From Clostridia bacterium (GTDB taxonomy: Bacteria; Bacillota; Clostridia; Oscillospirales; CAG-272): 53,615 nucleotides of DNA. Below the pieces are notes generated by a model. It saw nothing but the letters and a program-made list of their open reading frames with translations, did not search any database and was not told the origin of the DNA. Below, piece after piece: positions 30,558-40,433 of the stretch (the first letter of the stretch is position 1; each line of letters opens with the position of its first letter). Location of the stretch: contig JAFXAN010000126.1 in NCBI GenBank assembly GCA_017517035.1, positions 1-53,615 of the forward strand. The letters are read 5' to 3'. A program made the translations under genes and the position numbers.

Positions 30558-33500
30558 ATGAAATTTAAAAACAAATTTTTAATTTTCGCAAGCTTTGTGA
30601 TCGTTTTTTCTGCACTGATCACAATATGTGCTTTTGCTGCAGATAGCTCAGGATATACCTTTGATTCCGACAAAAAGACATATACCAATATTAAATGGAC
30701 ATTTACCGAAGAAAGTAAGACGGTAGTTTTTGAGATAGATGCTTCAGCTACCGACAAAAAGGCTTCAACAGTACTTTATGCTGTCGATCCCGAATCGGGT
30801 ATTTCAGGCTCTTGGAACAACCCCATTAAAGGCGGATGGGGACAGTCCACAGGTGTTAAGAAGGTCATTATCAAAGAAGGTATCACAGAAATAAACGGTT
30901 ACTTTTTTTCAAGTAATAAAACCTTGACAACGATTGAATTGCCAACTTCTCTTAAAAAGATCTCGGGCGAAGCTTGTTTCCAGGGATGTCGAGCACTTTC
31001 AAGTGTTTATGTGACGGGAAATTCACCTGTTGCGGGTGAGTTTGATTTCTCATGCGTTGAAAGCTTCGGTGGTGCCTCATACGTTTTTGACCATTGCGTA
31101 CTTATGGAAACTCTCAAGCTCTCCGATGCTCTTACCGGTAATATCGGCACGGAATTTATCAAAGCAATTCCGTCTCTTAAGGAGCTTGTTATACCTGCAG
31201 GTGTAAAAAATGTCAAGGACAAGGCTCTTACCGGTACATCGGGACTTAAGCTGCTCACAGTTCTCGGTTCAGAAACCGTTATTGCAAGTGATCTCGTGTT
31301 CAACGGTAACACAACTTATCCCGCAATTAAGGCGAAAGCAGGCTCAAAGGCGGCTGAATTTGCTCTTGCAAACGGATATACCTTTATCGATATCGACAGC
31401 GGTGTCGAAACAAAGGGTACAAAGCCTGCACCTGTTGAGACTCCCGAATCTTCAGGAAACACAGATAGCGGAAGTACGGAGCCTACCACTCCGCCTTCTA
31501 CAGGACTTGATGCCTTTGATCCCAATAAATGTACTGCTTACGGATATATCAAGGGTGAATATTACGATACATATTGGGTATATTACAGCGAAACAAAAAC
31601 ACTTAAATTTATATCCAATATTACATCCGGTTGGAATGAAACAGGTAGAATCGGAGTTGGCGATAATCCCGACGGTTGGAGTAAATATAAGGCAGAGATA
31701 GAGCACGTTGAGGTTGGTCCTTACATTAAAAAAGTATCATATCTGGCATTTAAGGATCATACAGCGCTGAAAGATATAAAGCTTAATGACAGCATCAGTG
31801 AAATAAATTCGGGTAGCTTTTCGGGTTGTACATCTCTTACAACAATTTGGCGAGAAGGTACGGAAAGAGTAGAGGGCAGAGCAGATCTTACAAAGCTTAA
31901 GGCACTTCCCAATGCTTTTGAAGGAACAAAGATCAATGAATTTCTTTTGGCAGATAATGTAACCATTGCAGAGGCATTTACAAGCAATGCTGTTACGCTT
32001 CTTACTGCCAATATTACCGATACCCTTATAAGCTATGCAAAGGAAAAGGGATATGACCTTAAGAGCACGGTCAACGCTTCCGAGGTTCATAATTATTATG
32101 ATTTAAGTAAGCGCAATTCGAGTTCAAGCTCTTCAGATCAGGACAAAGCAACCTTCAACAAGGATGAATGTACAGCTTACGGATATATTAAGGGCGATTA
32201 TTACGACACATATTGGGCGTATTACAGCGAAACAAAAACTCTTAAGTTCTTCGCATCCGACACTGCAAAGGGCTGGATCGAGACAGGAAGAATCGGTGCG
32301 GGCGAGAATGCGCTCAACTGGAGTGATTATAAAGATGAGATAGAATATGTTGAGATCGGTAGCGGAATTATCAAGGTCTCATATATTGCGTTTAAGGATC
32401 ATACAGCTCTTAAAGAGGTAAAGCTCGGCAAGGGTGTGACCAATATCGGCGAGGATGCCTTTTCGGGTTGTTCTTCTCTTACGACAATTTATCGCGACGG
32501 CGGTGAAAGAATTGAGGGAAGAGCTGACTTTTCAAAAATCGAAAGCGTGCCGAGACTTATTTCGGGCACACAAATAAAAGAAGTACTTCTTTCATCAAAG
32601 GCAAAGGTAAACGGTACATTTGGCTTCAATCTTCAGGACGTTATTTCTCCCGTTATCACAGAGGAGCTTATTCAGTATGTAAAAGAGAACGGATATAACC
32701 TTATCAACAGCAAAAATCCCGAAGAGAGATATGATCATTATATTGAAAAGCCCGATGATATGGTTATGTGCGGAGAAAAATGCGGATTTGGCTTTGATGA
32801 GTCAACAGGAACCCTTACAGTTTACGGCGCAGGCGATATGTCTGATGTTGTAAACTATTACGGAGGCGGTTCTAAAAATGCACCGTGGTTCTCGATAAAG
32901 CAGCAGATCAAGCATATCGTTATCGGAGAATATATTACAGCTATCGGTAAATATAACTTCACGCAGTGCCAGAATCTTGAAACAGTTCAGATTCCCGATG
33001 TCGAAGGATTTATCATTGGTAATGCGGCATTTGAGAAATGTACAAATCTTAAATCGGTTTACAGACAAGGAACAGAACCTATAGAAGGTACTCTTGATCT
33101 TAGCAAGGTTAACGAGATAAATGCATGGACATTTGCTTATGACTATTTGATCGCGAATGTAATAGTAAGCGAAAATACAAATGAGATCGGTAAATCTGTA
33201 TTTGAAGATAATGTTAATCTTCAAAGTATTTACGGTGTTCCGGAATCGTTTGCGGAAACATATGCTTCGGAAAACGGAAAAGCATTTTTTGATATTTCAG
33301 TAAGCACTCCCGAACCCATAAAATGTGAGATTCCCGAGACAACCGAGGCTCAAGTTCGTGAGACAGAGGTGGTAAGCGAAACACAGGATACAGATCTTGT
33401 CACAGATACAACGGATGATATGTTTTCATTCAACGATGAAACTGATGAAGCTGATGAAGCTGATGTAAATGACAGCGAGAACAGCAGAAGCGGAATAATA

Positions 33501-33587
33501 TATGTAATTATTATTGCGGTGGCAGTTGTAATCGTTGTTGCGGTGATTTTCATAATCATCAAAGGTAAGAAAAAAGCTTCCCGATAA
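30558..33587 (+). CDS. Membrane-anchored BspA/TpLRR surface protein
   Basis: Signal peptide; LRR_5 repeats; duplicated module starting at 31515 and 32154; acidic linker; C-terminal TM plus basic tail. Confidence 0.87.
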   Translation: MKFKNKFLIFASFVIVFSALITICAFAADSSGYTFDSDKKTYTNIKWTFTEESKTVVFEIDASATDKKASTVLYAVDPESGISGSWNNPIKGGWGQSTGVKKVIIKEGITEINGYFFSSNKTLTTIELPTSLKKISGEACFQGCRALSSVYVTGNSPVAGEFDFSCVESFGGASYVFDHCVLMETLKLSDALTGNIGTEFIKAIPSLKELVIPAGVKNVKDKALTGTSGLKLLTVLGSETVIASDLVFNGNTTYPAIKAKAGSKAAEFALANGYTFIDIDSGVETKGTKPAPVETPESSGNTDSGSTEPTTPPSTGLDAFDPNKCTAYGYIKGEYYDTYWVYYSETKTLKFISNITSGWNETGRIGVGDNPDGWSKYKAEIEHVEVGPYIKKVSYLAFKDHTALKDIKLNDSISEINSGSFSGCTSLTTIWREGTERVEGRADLTKLKALPNAFEGTKINEFLLADNVTIAEAFTSNAVTLLTANITDTLISYAKEKGYDLKSTVNASEVHNYYDLSKRNSSSSSSDQDKATFNKDECTAYGYIKGDYYDTYWAYYSETKTLKFFASDTAKGWIETGRIGAGENALNWSDYKDEIEYVEIGSGIIKVSYIAFKDHTALKEVKLGKGVTNIGEDAFSGCSSLTTIYRDGGERIEGRADFSKIESVPRLISGTQIKEVLLSSKAKVNGTFGFNLQDVISPVITEELIQYVKENGYNLINSKNPEERYDHYIEKPDDMVMCGEKCGFGFDESTGTLTVYGAGDMSDVVNYYGGGSKNAPWFSIKQQIKHIVIGEYITAIGKYNFTQCQNLETVQIPDVEGFIIGNAAFEKCTNLKSVYRQGTEPIEGTLDLSKVNEINAWTFAYDYLIANVIVSENTNEIGKSVFEDNVNLQSIYGVPESFAETYASENGKAFFDISVSTPEPIKCEIPETTEAQVRETEVVSETQDTDLVTDTTDDMFSFNDETDEADEADVNDSENSRSGIIYVIIIAVAVVIVVAVIFIIIKGKKKASR

Positions 33588-33597
33588 GCTGTAGGTT

Positions 33598-34830
33598 ATG
33601 AGCGAAACAATAAAATTCGAAAAAAAGCTTCCGATAAAGGCTAAATATGACATTATTGTTTGCGGTGGAGGAGTTGCAGGTGTTGCAGCAGCAGTTTCCG
33701 CTGCCAAAAGAGGCTGCAGTGTTTTGCTTATCGAAAAATCCTGTATTCTCGGAGGACTTGCAACGCTCGGACTTATAAACACTTTTGTTCCTATGTGTAA
33801 TGGCAGAGGAAAGCAAATAATTTTCGGTCTTGCTGAAAAATGGCTTCGTGAAGGAGCGAAATACGGTTGCGACAAGATCCCCGAGGAATGGGAAAACGGA
33901 GAACCCAAAGAGCCGACAAATGTTCGCTATATTCAGAGATATTCACCGTATATTTTTGCTCTGCAGCTCACCGAAGAGCTGCAGAGCAGCGGTGCGGATC
34001 TGCTTTTCGACTGTGTTGCCTGCGAGCCTGTAATGGAAGGGAAGATATGTCGCGGTGTAATAACCCAAAGCAAGGCAGGACTTGAATATTATTCTTGCAG
34101 GATGCTTATTGATGTTACGGGTGACTGCGATATACTTCGACGAGCAGGTGTTCCTACCGTTGTGGGAGAAAGCTTTTCAACCTACGTTGGCCAGATGATA
34201 TCCCTTGAGAGCTGTGCAAAGGCACTTGAGGAAAAGGATATATCAAAGGCTTTGGGTAAAATCGCAGGTGGAGAGATAAATTATTTTGAAGAGGATCATC
34301 AGACGGATATTTCGATGCGCTTGGGACTTAGTACCGAAAAAATATCGAATTATCTTATCCGAAATCAGATAGAGATACTTGAAAAGCTGCAATCATCCGA
34401 TAGATTTGAGAGGGATGTTGTCAGGCTTCCTATGATGCCTCAGATCAGAACTACATCACATCTTCTCGGTGATTACACGTTCAGCGAACAGGATGCATAT
34501 AAGCATTTTGAAGATTCTGTTTGTGCCATAAACCATTTTGGAAGGAGAGGTGTGCTGTTTGAGGTACCGTTAAGGGCTCTTTGCCGTGGAGACTACCCCA
34601 ATATTTTGACTGCGGGCAGAAGTGCAAGCGCGGCGGGATACGGATGGGATATTTTAAGAGTAATTCCCCCGGCTATACTTACGGGACAAGCAGCAGGCGA
34701 AGCTGCATATCTTGCTTTGCATAGTTCCACAGGCATTTCAGGTATCAACATAAAAAAATTGCAGACAAATTTGGAGAGAGAAAATGTTATGGTACATTTT
34801 CCCGATGATTATATTTCGTCTGAAGATTAA
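33598..34830 (+). CDS. FAD-dependent oxidoreductase
   Basis: YDIIVCGGGVAG, IDVTGD, ILTAGR, RVIPP..TGQAAG. Confidence 0.9.
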   Translation: MSETIKFEKKLPIKAKYDIIVCGGGVAGVAAAVSAAKRGCSVLLIEKSCILGGLATLGLINTFVPMCNGRGKQIIFGLAEKWLREGAKYGCDKIPEEWENGEPKEPTNVRYIQRYSPYIFALQLTEELQSSGADLLFDCVACEPVMEGKICRGVITQSKAGLEYYSCRMLIDVTGDCDILRRAGVPTVVGESFSTYVGQMISLESCAKALEEKDISKALGKIAGGEINYFEEDHQTDISMRLGLSTEKISNYLIRNQIEILEKLQSSDRFERDVVRLPMMPQIRTTSHLLGDYTFSEQDAYKHFEDSVCAINHFGRRGVLFEVPLRALCRGDYPNILTAGRSASAAGYGWDILRVIPPAILTGQAAGEAAYLALHSSTGISGINIKKLQTNLERENVMVHFPDDYISSED

Positions 34831-34966
34831 AAACGATTACGCGGTTGGCAATATGGTTTTAATAAAAAATTGTTTTCCTTTCTAAAAAATATAATTTGAT
34901 GTTAAAATTGGAGCTGTATTGCCAACATTTGATTATTTTGAATACAAGGTTAATGAGGTAAAAGTA

Positions 34967-35554
34967 ATGACGGTATATATTGTTCGTCACGGACATAGTG
35001 AAGCAAATGAAAAAGGATTTCACTGCGGACAAAATCAAGTCCCTCTCACAAAAAAAGGGGAAGAAGAAGCGGAAAACGTCGGAAAGCTTCTTCGAAAGAT
35101 AAAATTTGACAAGGTTTATTCAAGTGATCTTAACCGTGCGAACACAACCGGAAAAATTGCACTACCCGAATATGAAATCGAGCAGCTTCCTCTCATTCGA
35201 GAGATAAGTGTTGGAAGTATCGATGGCAGAGACAAGAGGGAACTTGAAAGGGAATTGGGTGAACCACTTATAAAGAATAAAAGGATTTTCGATTTCAGAG
35301 ATTATGGCGGAGAAAACACCGAAATGGTACTTGAAAGAGCGAAAAAATTCCTTGATTTGCTTGCTGAGAAAGGCGACGAAACTGTTGCTGTTTTCACCCA
35401 TGAGGTATTTATCAAATCATTATTCAGTGCAGTTCTTGGCGTTTGGGTTGACATACATAATTATATTTGCAACAATTGTTCTGTTATGGTCCTTACATAT
35501 GAAAATGAAGAATGGAAGCTTTTTTCATGGAATATACAAAGTAACAGTATTTAA
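34967..35554 (+). CDS. Histidine phosphatase family protein
   Basis: VRHG, YSSDLNRA, VFTH; RBS gaggt before ATG 34967. Confidence 0.9.
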   Translation: MTVYIVRHGHSEANEKGFHCGQNQVPLTKKGEEEAENVGKLLRKIKFDKVYSSDLNRANTTGKIALPEYEIEQLPLIREISVGSIDGRDKRELERELGEPLIKNKRIFDFRDYGGENTEMVLERAKKFLDLLAEKGDETVAVFTHEVFIKSLFSAVLGVWVDIHNYICNNCSVMVLTYENEEWKLFSWNIQSNSI

Positions 35555-35578
35555 CAGTTTATATTTTTGAGGTATACC

Positions 35579-36430
35579 ATGGATTTGATTTTGATTTTCG
35601 GCTTAATAGTTTTAGCAAGCTCAAAGGTCACTTTGCAAGGAATGTTTGCCAAAAAACATATATTGACTTTAACAGACAGTATTTGCTTTAACGGAATAAT
35701 TTTCCTGTTTTCGGCACTCATTTTTATATATGCCTTGAAATGCTCATTTCCCGTTATTATATTCGGATTTATTTTTGGATTGTTCACTGTACTGTTTCAG
35801 TTGTTTTATATTCAGGCAATGTCTTGCGGCAACGTTTCGCTTGCTGTTTTGATTGTAAATTTGAATATGATAGCACCTATTATAATTTCAATTACTTTTT
35901 TCAATGAAAAGATTGGAATTATAAGAGCTTTGGGTCTTGTGACAGTTATTGTTTCCCTTGTGCTCAATGTTGAAAAGAGCGGGGAAAAAATGAGACGCAA
36001 ATGGCTTGTTTGTTCGCTTCTTGCCTTTGTGTGTAACAGCTGTCTTGCGGTATGTCAACAAATATTCGGCAAAACCGAATGGAAGGCAGAGAGGGTTTCT
36101 TTTGTTGCGTGGAGTTATATAATCGCAACTTTAATTTCTGTTGTATTTTACTTCATTTTTCGTACAGAAAAAGAGAAACAAAAATTCAAAATCAGTCCTT
36201 TGGCAATAGGTTACGGCCTTTGTATCGGTGTGATTTTGGGAGTTTTTCAATTCTTGAATACATTTGCGATTTCTACGATCGAAGCAAGCTTCATGTATCC
36301 TATCTATAATGGCGGAACATTGATTTTCACAACTCTTACAGGTGTGATCTTATTGAAGGATAGACTTTCACTGAAACAGATAATCACATTGATCATAGGT
36401 ATTGTTGGAATTGTTTTGGTGAATTTATAA
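35579..36430 (+). CDS. DMT/EamA-family transporter
   Basis: About 10 TM segments in two repeats; FFNEK and LLKDRL motifs. Confidence 0.85.
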   Translation: MDLILIFGLIVLASSKVTLQGMFAKKHILTLTDSICFNGIIFLFSALIFIYALKCSFPVIIFGFIFGLFTVLFQLFYIQAMSCGNVSLAVLIVNLNMIAPIIISITFFNEKIGIIRALGLVTVIVSLVLNVEKSGEKMRRKWLVCSLLAFVCNSCLAVCQQIFGKTEWKAERVSFVAWSYIIATLISVVFYFIFRTEKEKQKFKISPLAIGYGLCIGVILGVFQFLNTFAISTIEASFMYPIYNGGTLIFTTLTGVILLKDRLSLKQIITLIIGIVGIVLVNL

Positions 36431-36499
36431 ATATAGAAAAATAAAAATTGTAAATTGTGACTTGCCGTTTTTTGGCAGGGTCCATAAAAAGGAGAAAAA

Positions 36500-37561
36500 A
36501 TGGAAAAGATCAAAATTGGCATCATCGGAACCGGTAATATTTCAAGAGCTCATATAAAGAGCTATTTGAAAAATCCTAATGTTGAGCTTTATGCTTTCTG
36601 TGATATTCATGAGGGAAGACTTTATGAGGCAGGTAAGGAATTTGGAATTGAGAGACTTTATACAAATCTTGATGAGATGCTTGCACTCCCTGAGCTTGAT
36701 GCGGTAAGTGTTACAACATGGAACAGCGAGCATGCTCCTTGCACTATCAAGGCACTGAACGCCGGAAAGCACGTTCTTTGCGAGAAGCCTATGGCAACAA
36801 CTGTTGAGGATGCCATTGCTATGAAAGAAGCCGCAGAGAGAAACGGAAAACTTCTTATGATTGGTTTTGTGCGCAGATTTGGAAATGATATGAAGCTTAT
36901 CCGTGATTTCAAGGACAAAGAATATTTCGGAGAAATTTATTATTCAAAGGCTACATATGTTCGTCGCAACGGAAACCCCATGGGTTGGTTTGGAGACAAG
37001 AGCAGAAGCGGGGGTGGGCCGCTTATCGATCTTGGTGTACACGTTATCGACTTCGTTCGTTATGTTCTCGGCAATCCTAAACCTGTATCTGTTTATGGTG
37101 CAACCTTCAAAAAGCTTGGTGCAAGAACAAATATCAAGACACCAAAGGGATATGTAAGCTTCAGTGCAACAAAGGATGATATTTGTGACGTTGAAGACCT
37201 TTCAAGTGCAATGGTAAGATTTGATAACGGAGCTGTTCTTCAAATTGAAGCCGCCTTCAGCCTTAATACCACCTCAAATAAGGGTGAGATTGAGCTTTTC
37301 GGAACAAAGGCAGGCGTTAAGCTTGGTAAAACGCTTACCTTTGCAACCGAGACCAACGATTATCTCTCAAATGTTGAAATTTGCCAAGATGCATCCATCG
37401 ATTTCGACGGAATTTTCAAGGGAGAAATCAACCATTTTGTAGACTGTATTATGAATGGAACAAGATGTCAGAATCCCGCAGAGGACGGAATTGAGATTAT
37501 GAAGATTCTTGCAGCAATTTATCAGTCTGCCGAGACAGGTCATGAGGTAGTTATTGATTAA
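36500..37561 (+). CDS. Gfo/Idh/MocA NAD(P)-dependent oxidoreductase
   Basis: GIIGTGNI, CEKP, GGGPLIDLGVH. Confidence 0.95.
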   Translation: MEKIKIGIIGTGNISRAHIKSYLKNPNVELYAFCDIHEGRLYEAGKEFGIERLYTNLDEMLALPELDAVSVTTWNSEHAPCTIKALNAGKHVLCEKPMATTVEDAIAMKEAAERNGKLLMIGFVRRFGNDMKLIRDFKDKEYFGEIYYSKATYVRRNGNPMGWFGDKSRSGGGPLIDLGVHVIDFVRYVLGNPKPVSVYGATFKKLGARTNIKTPKGYVSFSATKDDICDVEDLSSAMVRFDNGAVLQIEAAFSLNTTSNKGEIELFGTKAGVKLGKTLTFATETNDYLSNVEICQDASIDFDGIFKGEINHFVDCIMNGTRCQNPAEDGIEIMKILAAIYQSAETGHEVVID

Positions 37562-37585
37562 AACAGGAAAATCAGGGGTGAAAAA

Positions 37586-38470
37586 ATGAAAATTTCGGTT
37601 AGTTCGTATTCCTTTAGCAGTTATATCCGCGGGGGAAAGATGACGCAATTTGATACAGTAAAAAAAGCTGCCGAGCTTGGTTTTGAGGGGATTGAATTTA
37701 CTACTCTTGTACCAAATTCATCTCCGACAAAAGAGGAAAAACTGGAATATGCAAGAAAAATAAAGGCAGAGGCTGAAAAGTGTGGAATAGAGATTGTTGC
37801 TTATTGCGTTAGTGCAAGACTTTTTCAGCTTACAAAAGAAGATAATGCTTCGGTATTGAAGGCAGTGCTTGACGAGGTTGATGTTGCGGCAGAGCTTGGC
37901 GTACCTGTTATGCGTCATGATGTCACATGGAGTGTAAAATTCGGTGAAAATGGAGAAAAAACTGTAAGCTTCGACCACCAGCTTCCTTTAATTACGGAAA
38001 ATGTCAGGAAAATTACCGAGTACGCAAAGAAAAAGGGTATTCGTACTTGTAGCGAAAACCACGGCCACGTAGCACAGGACAGTGATAGGATTGAAAGACT
38101 TTATAATGCTGTTGCAGATGAAAATTACGGTATTCTTGTTGATATCGGAAATTTTGCCTGTGTCGATGAAAATCCTATTACTGCGGTTTCAAGGGTTGCT
38201 CCTTATGCTTTTCATGTTCATGCAAAGGATTTTTATAAAACTAATTTTGGAGAAGAAAATACCCGTAGCGGTGGGCATATAACAAGAGCCTGCAATATTC
38301 TTCACGGATGCGTTATCGGTGACGGTATTATCCCCGTCAAGCACTGTATTGCCGTTCTCAAAAAAGCCGGTTATGATGGCTTTGTTTCGATAGAATATGA
38401 GGGGGCTGATGATTGTATTAAGGCACTTGCAAGAGGGCTTAATAATCTCAGGTCATATATCGAAGAATAA
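37586..38470 (+). CDS. Sugar phosphate isomerase/epimerase TIM barrel (AP_endonuc_2 family)
   Basis: GFEGIE, ENHG, DIGNF, HVHAKD, GYDGFVSIEYEG. Confidence 0.92.
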   Translation: MKISVSSYSFSSYIRGGKMTQFDTVKKAAELGFEGIEFTTLVPNSSPTKEEKLEYARKIKAEAEKCGIEIVAYCVSARLFQLTKEDNASVLKAVLDEVDVAAELGVPVMRHDVTWSVKFGENGEKTVSFDHQLPLITENVRKITEYAKKKGIRTCSENHGHVAQDSDRIERLYNAVADENYGILVDIGNFACVDENPITAVSRVAPYAFHVHAKDFYKTNFGEENTRSGGHITRACNILHGCVIGDGIIPVKHCIAVLKKAGYDGFVSIEYEGADDCIKALARGLNNLRSYIEE

Positions 38471-38481
38471 AAGGTGTAGCG

Positions 38482-38519
38482 AAAATGCATAAGTCCATTT
38501 TTTAGGACTTGTGCATTTT
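38482..38519 (+). terminator. Terminator closing the LRR/sugar operon
   Basis: aaaatgcataagtcc-N8-ggacttgtgcatttt. Confidence 0.75.
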
Positions 38520-38717
38520 GTCAGGACGGATATTTGAGGAATGATGGGTGTTTTGAACTCTACAAATAGGACCACATTTTTTGAATATAAATAACAAGTA
38601 TGTATACTTTTTTGATATCAAATAATAAGCAATGTTATGTCAATAAATAGAAATAAACTGACATTGATTTTTATATATTGATATGATAAGTTATAAAAAA
38701 TCTGTGAGGAATAAAAA

Positions 38718-40037
38718 ATGTCTTTTAAACCGCTTTTAACACAAATAAAACCCTCATATTTTTCGGTGGATTGCGGAATGTCTTATGTTATCCGAACCTC
38801 TGACGGTAAGTTTATCATAATTGATGCAAGCTTCGGTGAATATGATGAACCCCAAAAGCTTATCGAACTTTTAAGAGCGCAATCACCTGAGGGAAAAACT
38901 CCAACTGTTGCCGCCTGGTTTTTCACTCATCCTCATAACGATCACATCGGAACTTTTACCAAACTTTACGACATGGGAAAGGACGTAATTCGAATTGAAA
39001 AAGTTTATTATAACTTTCCCGAATATGATTGGTGCAAAAAGACCTGTAAGATTGATGATTTTTACGCCGCAATTGAATTCTTCGGTGCTGAAAAGATAAC
39101 TCCACAAACAGGAGATGTGATAAAAATTCAAGATGCTGTTTTTTATGTGATCTACACTTCTCAGGATTGTCCTAAGGACACTCAAAATGTCAATGAAACA
39201 TCTCTTGTTATGAAGATGACTCTCGGAAAATACAGTGTCATGTGGCTTGCTGATATACAGAAGTCCGGAGCTGAAGTGCTTCTTCAGAAATATCCGGTGG
39301 ACTTTTTTAAATGTGACATTATGCAAGTAGGACATCATGGTTATAACGGTGGCTCGGAAGAGTTGTACCGTGCAATAGATCCAAGCTACTTATTATGGCC
39401 TATTCCCGAATCACGTTATCTACAAGTGTTAGCATACGAGTGTAATAGCTTTTTGGCAAATTCCGAAAACATAAAAGAAATTTTTGTCAGCGGAATTGAG
39501 CAAACAACTTTTGATATGACAGAAGAAATACAATGTGCTTACCGTTATTTTCCCAAAAAGATATATTTTAATTTTAAAAGCGAGTGTATTAGTGAATGCA
39601 ACATTATGTGCTATAAGGGGGGCCTTATGGGATATGCAGCTCTTAGTGCAAGTTTTGAAAACAATGCAATATCGCTTGAATCCGGTGATATTCATTCACT
39701 TTTGCAGATGGTTCAACGAGGTCAGATTGCTGCAAGTGACAAATATAATTTTTCAATGATTGCTGTGCCTGATTCTCAATTTGAAAAACTTGGAATAATC
39801 TTTGATTGTCTCACACCTACAGAACCGACATCAATTAAAATCTATCCGATTAAACATAATAAAGCGGAAGAATTTTCACTTTCACTTAAAGTTGATAGAA
39901 ATAACGGAACAGCGATTCTCACTCTCAACGGAGACGAAATTTTCACAAAACTATCTACAAAGAAGCCTTGTCCGATAATTATTTATACACAAAAAGGCAA
40001 ACTTACAATCAAAAAGGCAATTTTTGAAAATCTATAA
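38718..40037 (+). CDS. Metallo-beta-lactamase-fold hydrolase (ComEC/Rec2-like) with C-terminal extension
   Basis: THPHNDH, NETSLV, WLAD, VGHHG. Confidence 0.82.
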   Translation: MSFKPLLTQIKPSYFSVDCGMSYVIRTSDGKFIIIDASFGEYDEPQKLIELLRAQSPEGKTPTVAAWFFTHPHNDHIGTFTKLYDMGKDVIRIEKVYYNFPEYDWCKKTCKIDDFYAAIEFFGAEKITPQTGDVIKIQDAVFYVIYTSQDCPKDTQNVNETSLVMKMTLGKYSVMWLADIQKSGAEVLLQKYPVDFFKCDIMQVGHHGYNGGSEELYRAIDPSYLLWPIPESRYLQVLAYECNSFLANSENIKEIFVSGIEQTTFDMTEEIQCAYRYFPKKIYFNFKSECISECNIMCYKGGLMGYAALSASFENNAISLESGDIHSLLQMVQRGQIAASDKYNFSMIAVPDSQFEKLGIIFDCLTPTEPTSIKIYPIKHNKAEEFSLSLKVDRNNGTAILTLNGDEIFTKLSTKKPCPIIIYTQKGKLTIKKAIFENL

Positions 40038-40094
40038 AATTAGCTATCACATTTGCTAAGCGTTGCATTTGTGACTGCTTTTATATAACAAATC

Positions 40095-40140
40095 AAGCGG
40101 ATGCTCAGTACCTTCGGTAATTTGCATCCGCTTTTTTCTT
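40095..40140 (+). terminator. Intrinsic terminator
   Basis: aagcggatgc ... gcatccgctt followed by a T-run. Confidence 0.75.
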
Positions 40141-40160
40141 TTTCGACCTGAGTTAATGAT

Positions 40161-40414
40161 TTAGTCCCTTTTATTCCATAACGATATTTCGGTCTACGGT
40201 CAGAATTGTATTTTTATTTGATTTCCCCTTTTTTAACAGCTCCAAATGAGATTTGTATTTTCTTAGTCTCACTACGGAATCCACAAAATTTTCAATTGCA
40301 AAATCTTCCATATCTTTCACAATAGACTCATATATCAACGCTCTCGGCTTGCTTCAAAGAGTTCTTCAGCGAGTCGAGTATTGTTTTGTTTCTGATATCT
40401 ATGATAGAAGCCAT
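40161..40414 (-). pseudogene. Gene remnant with a 28-codon start and an out-of-frame tail
   Basis: RBS aggtga precedes MASIIDIRNKTILDSLKNSLKQAESVDI*; a second frame continues YESIVKDMEDF... Confidence 0.35.
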
Positions 40415-40433
40415 TTTTAATCACCTAACAATT

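Noticed and set aside
21391-33587. Diversity-generating retroelement acting on the LRR repeats
   Set aside because: No reverse transcriptase in the window; the repeats are in-frame coding modules and differences are not adenine-specific.
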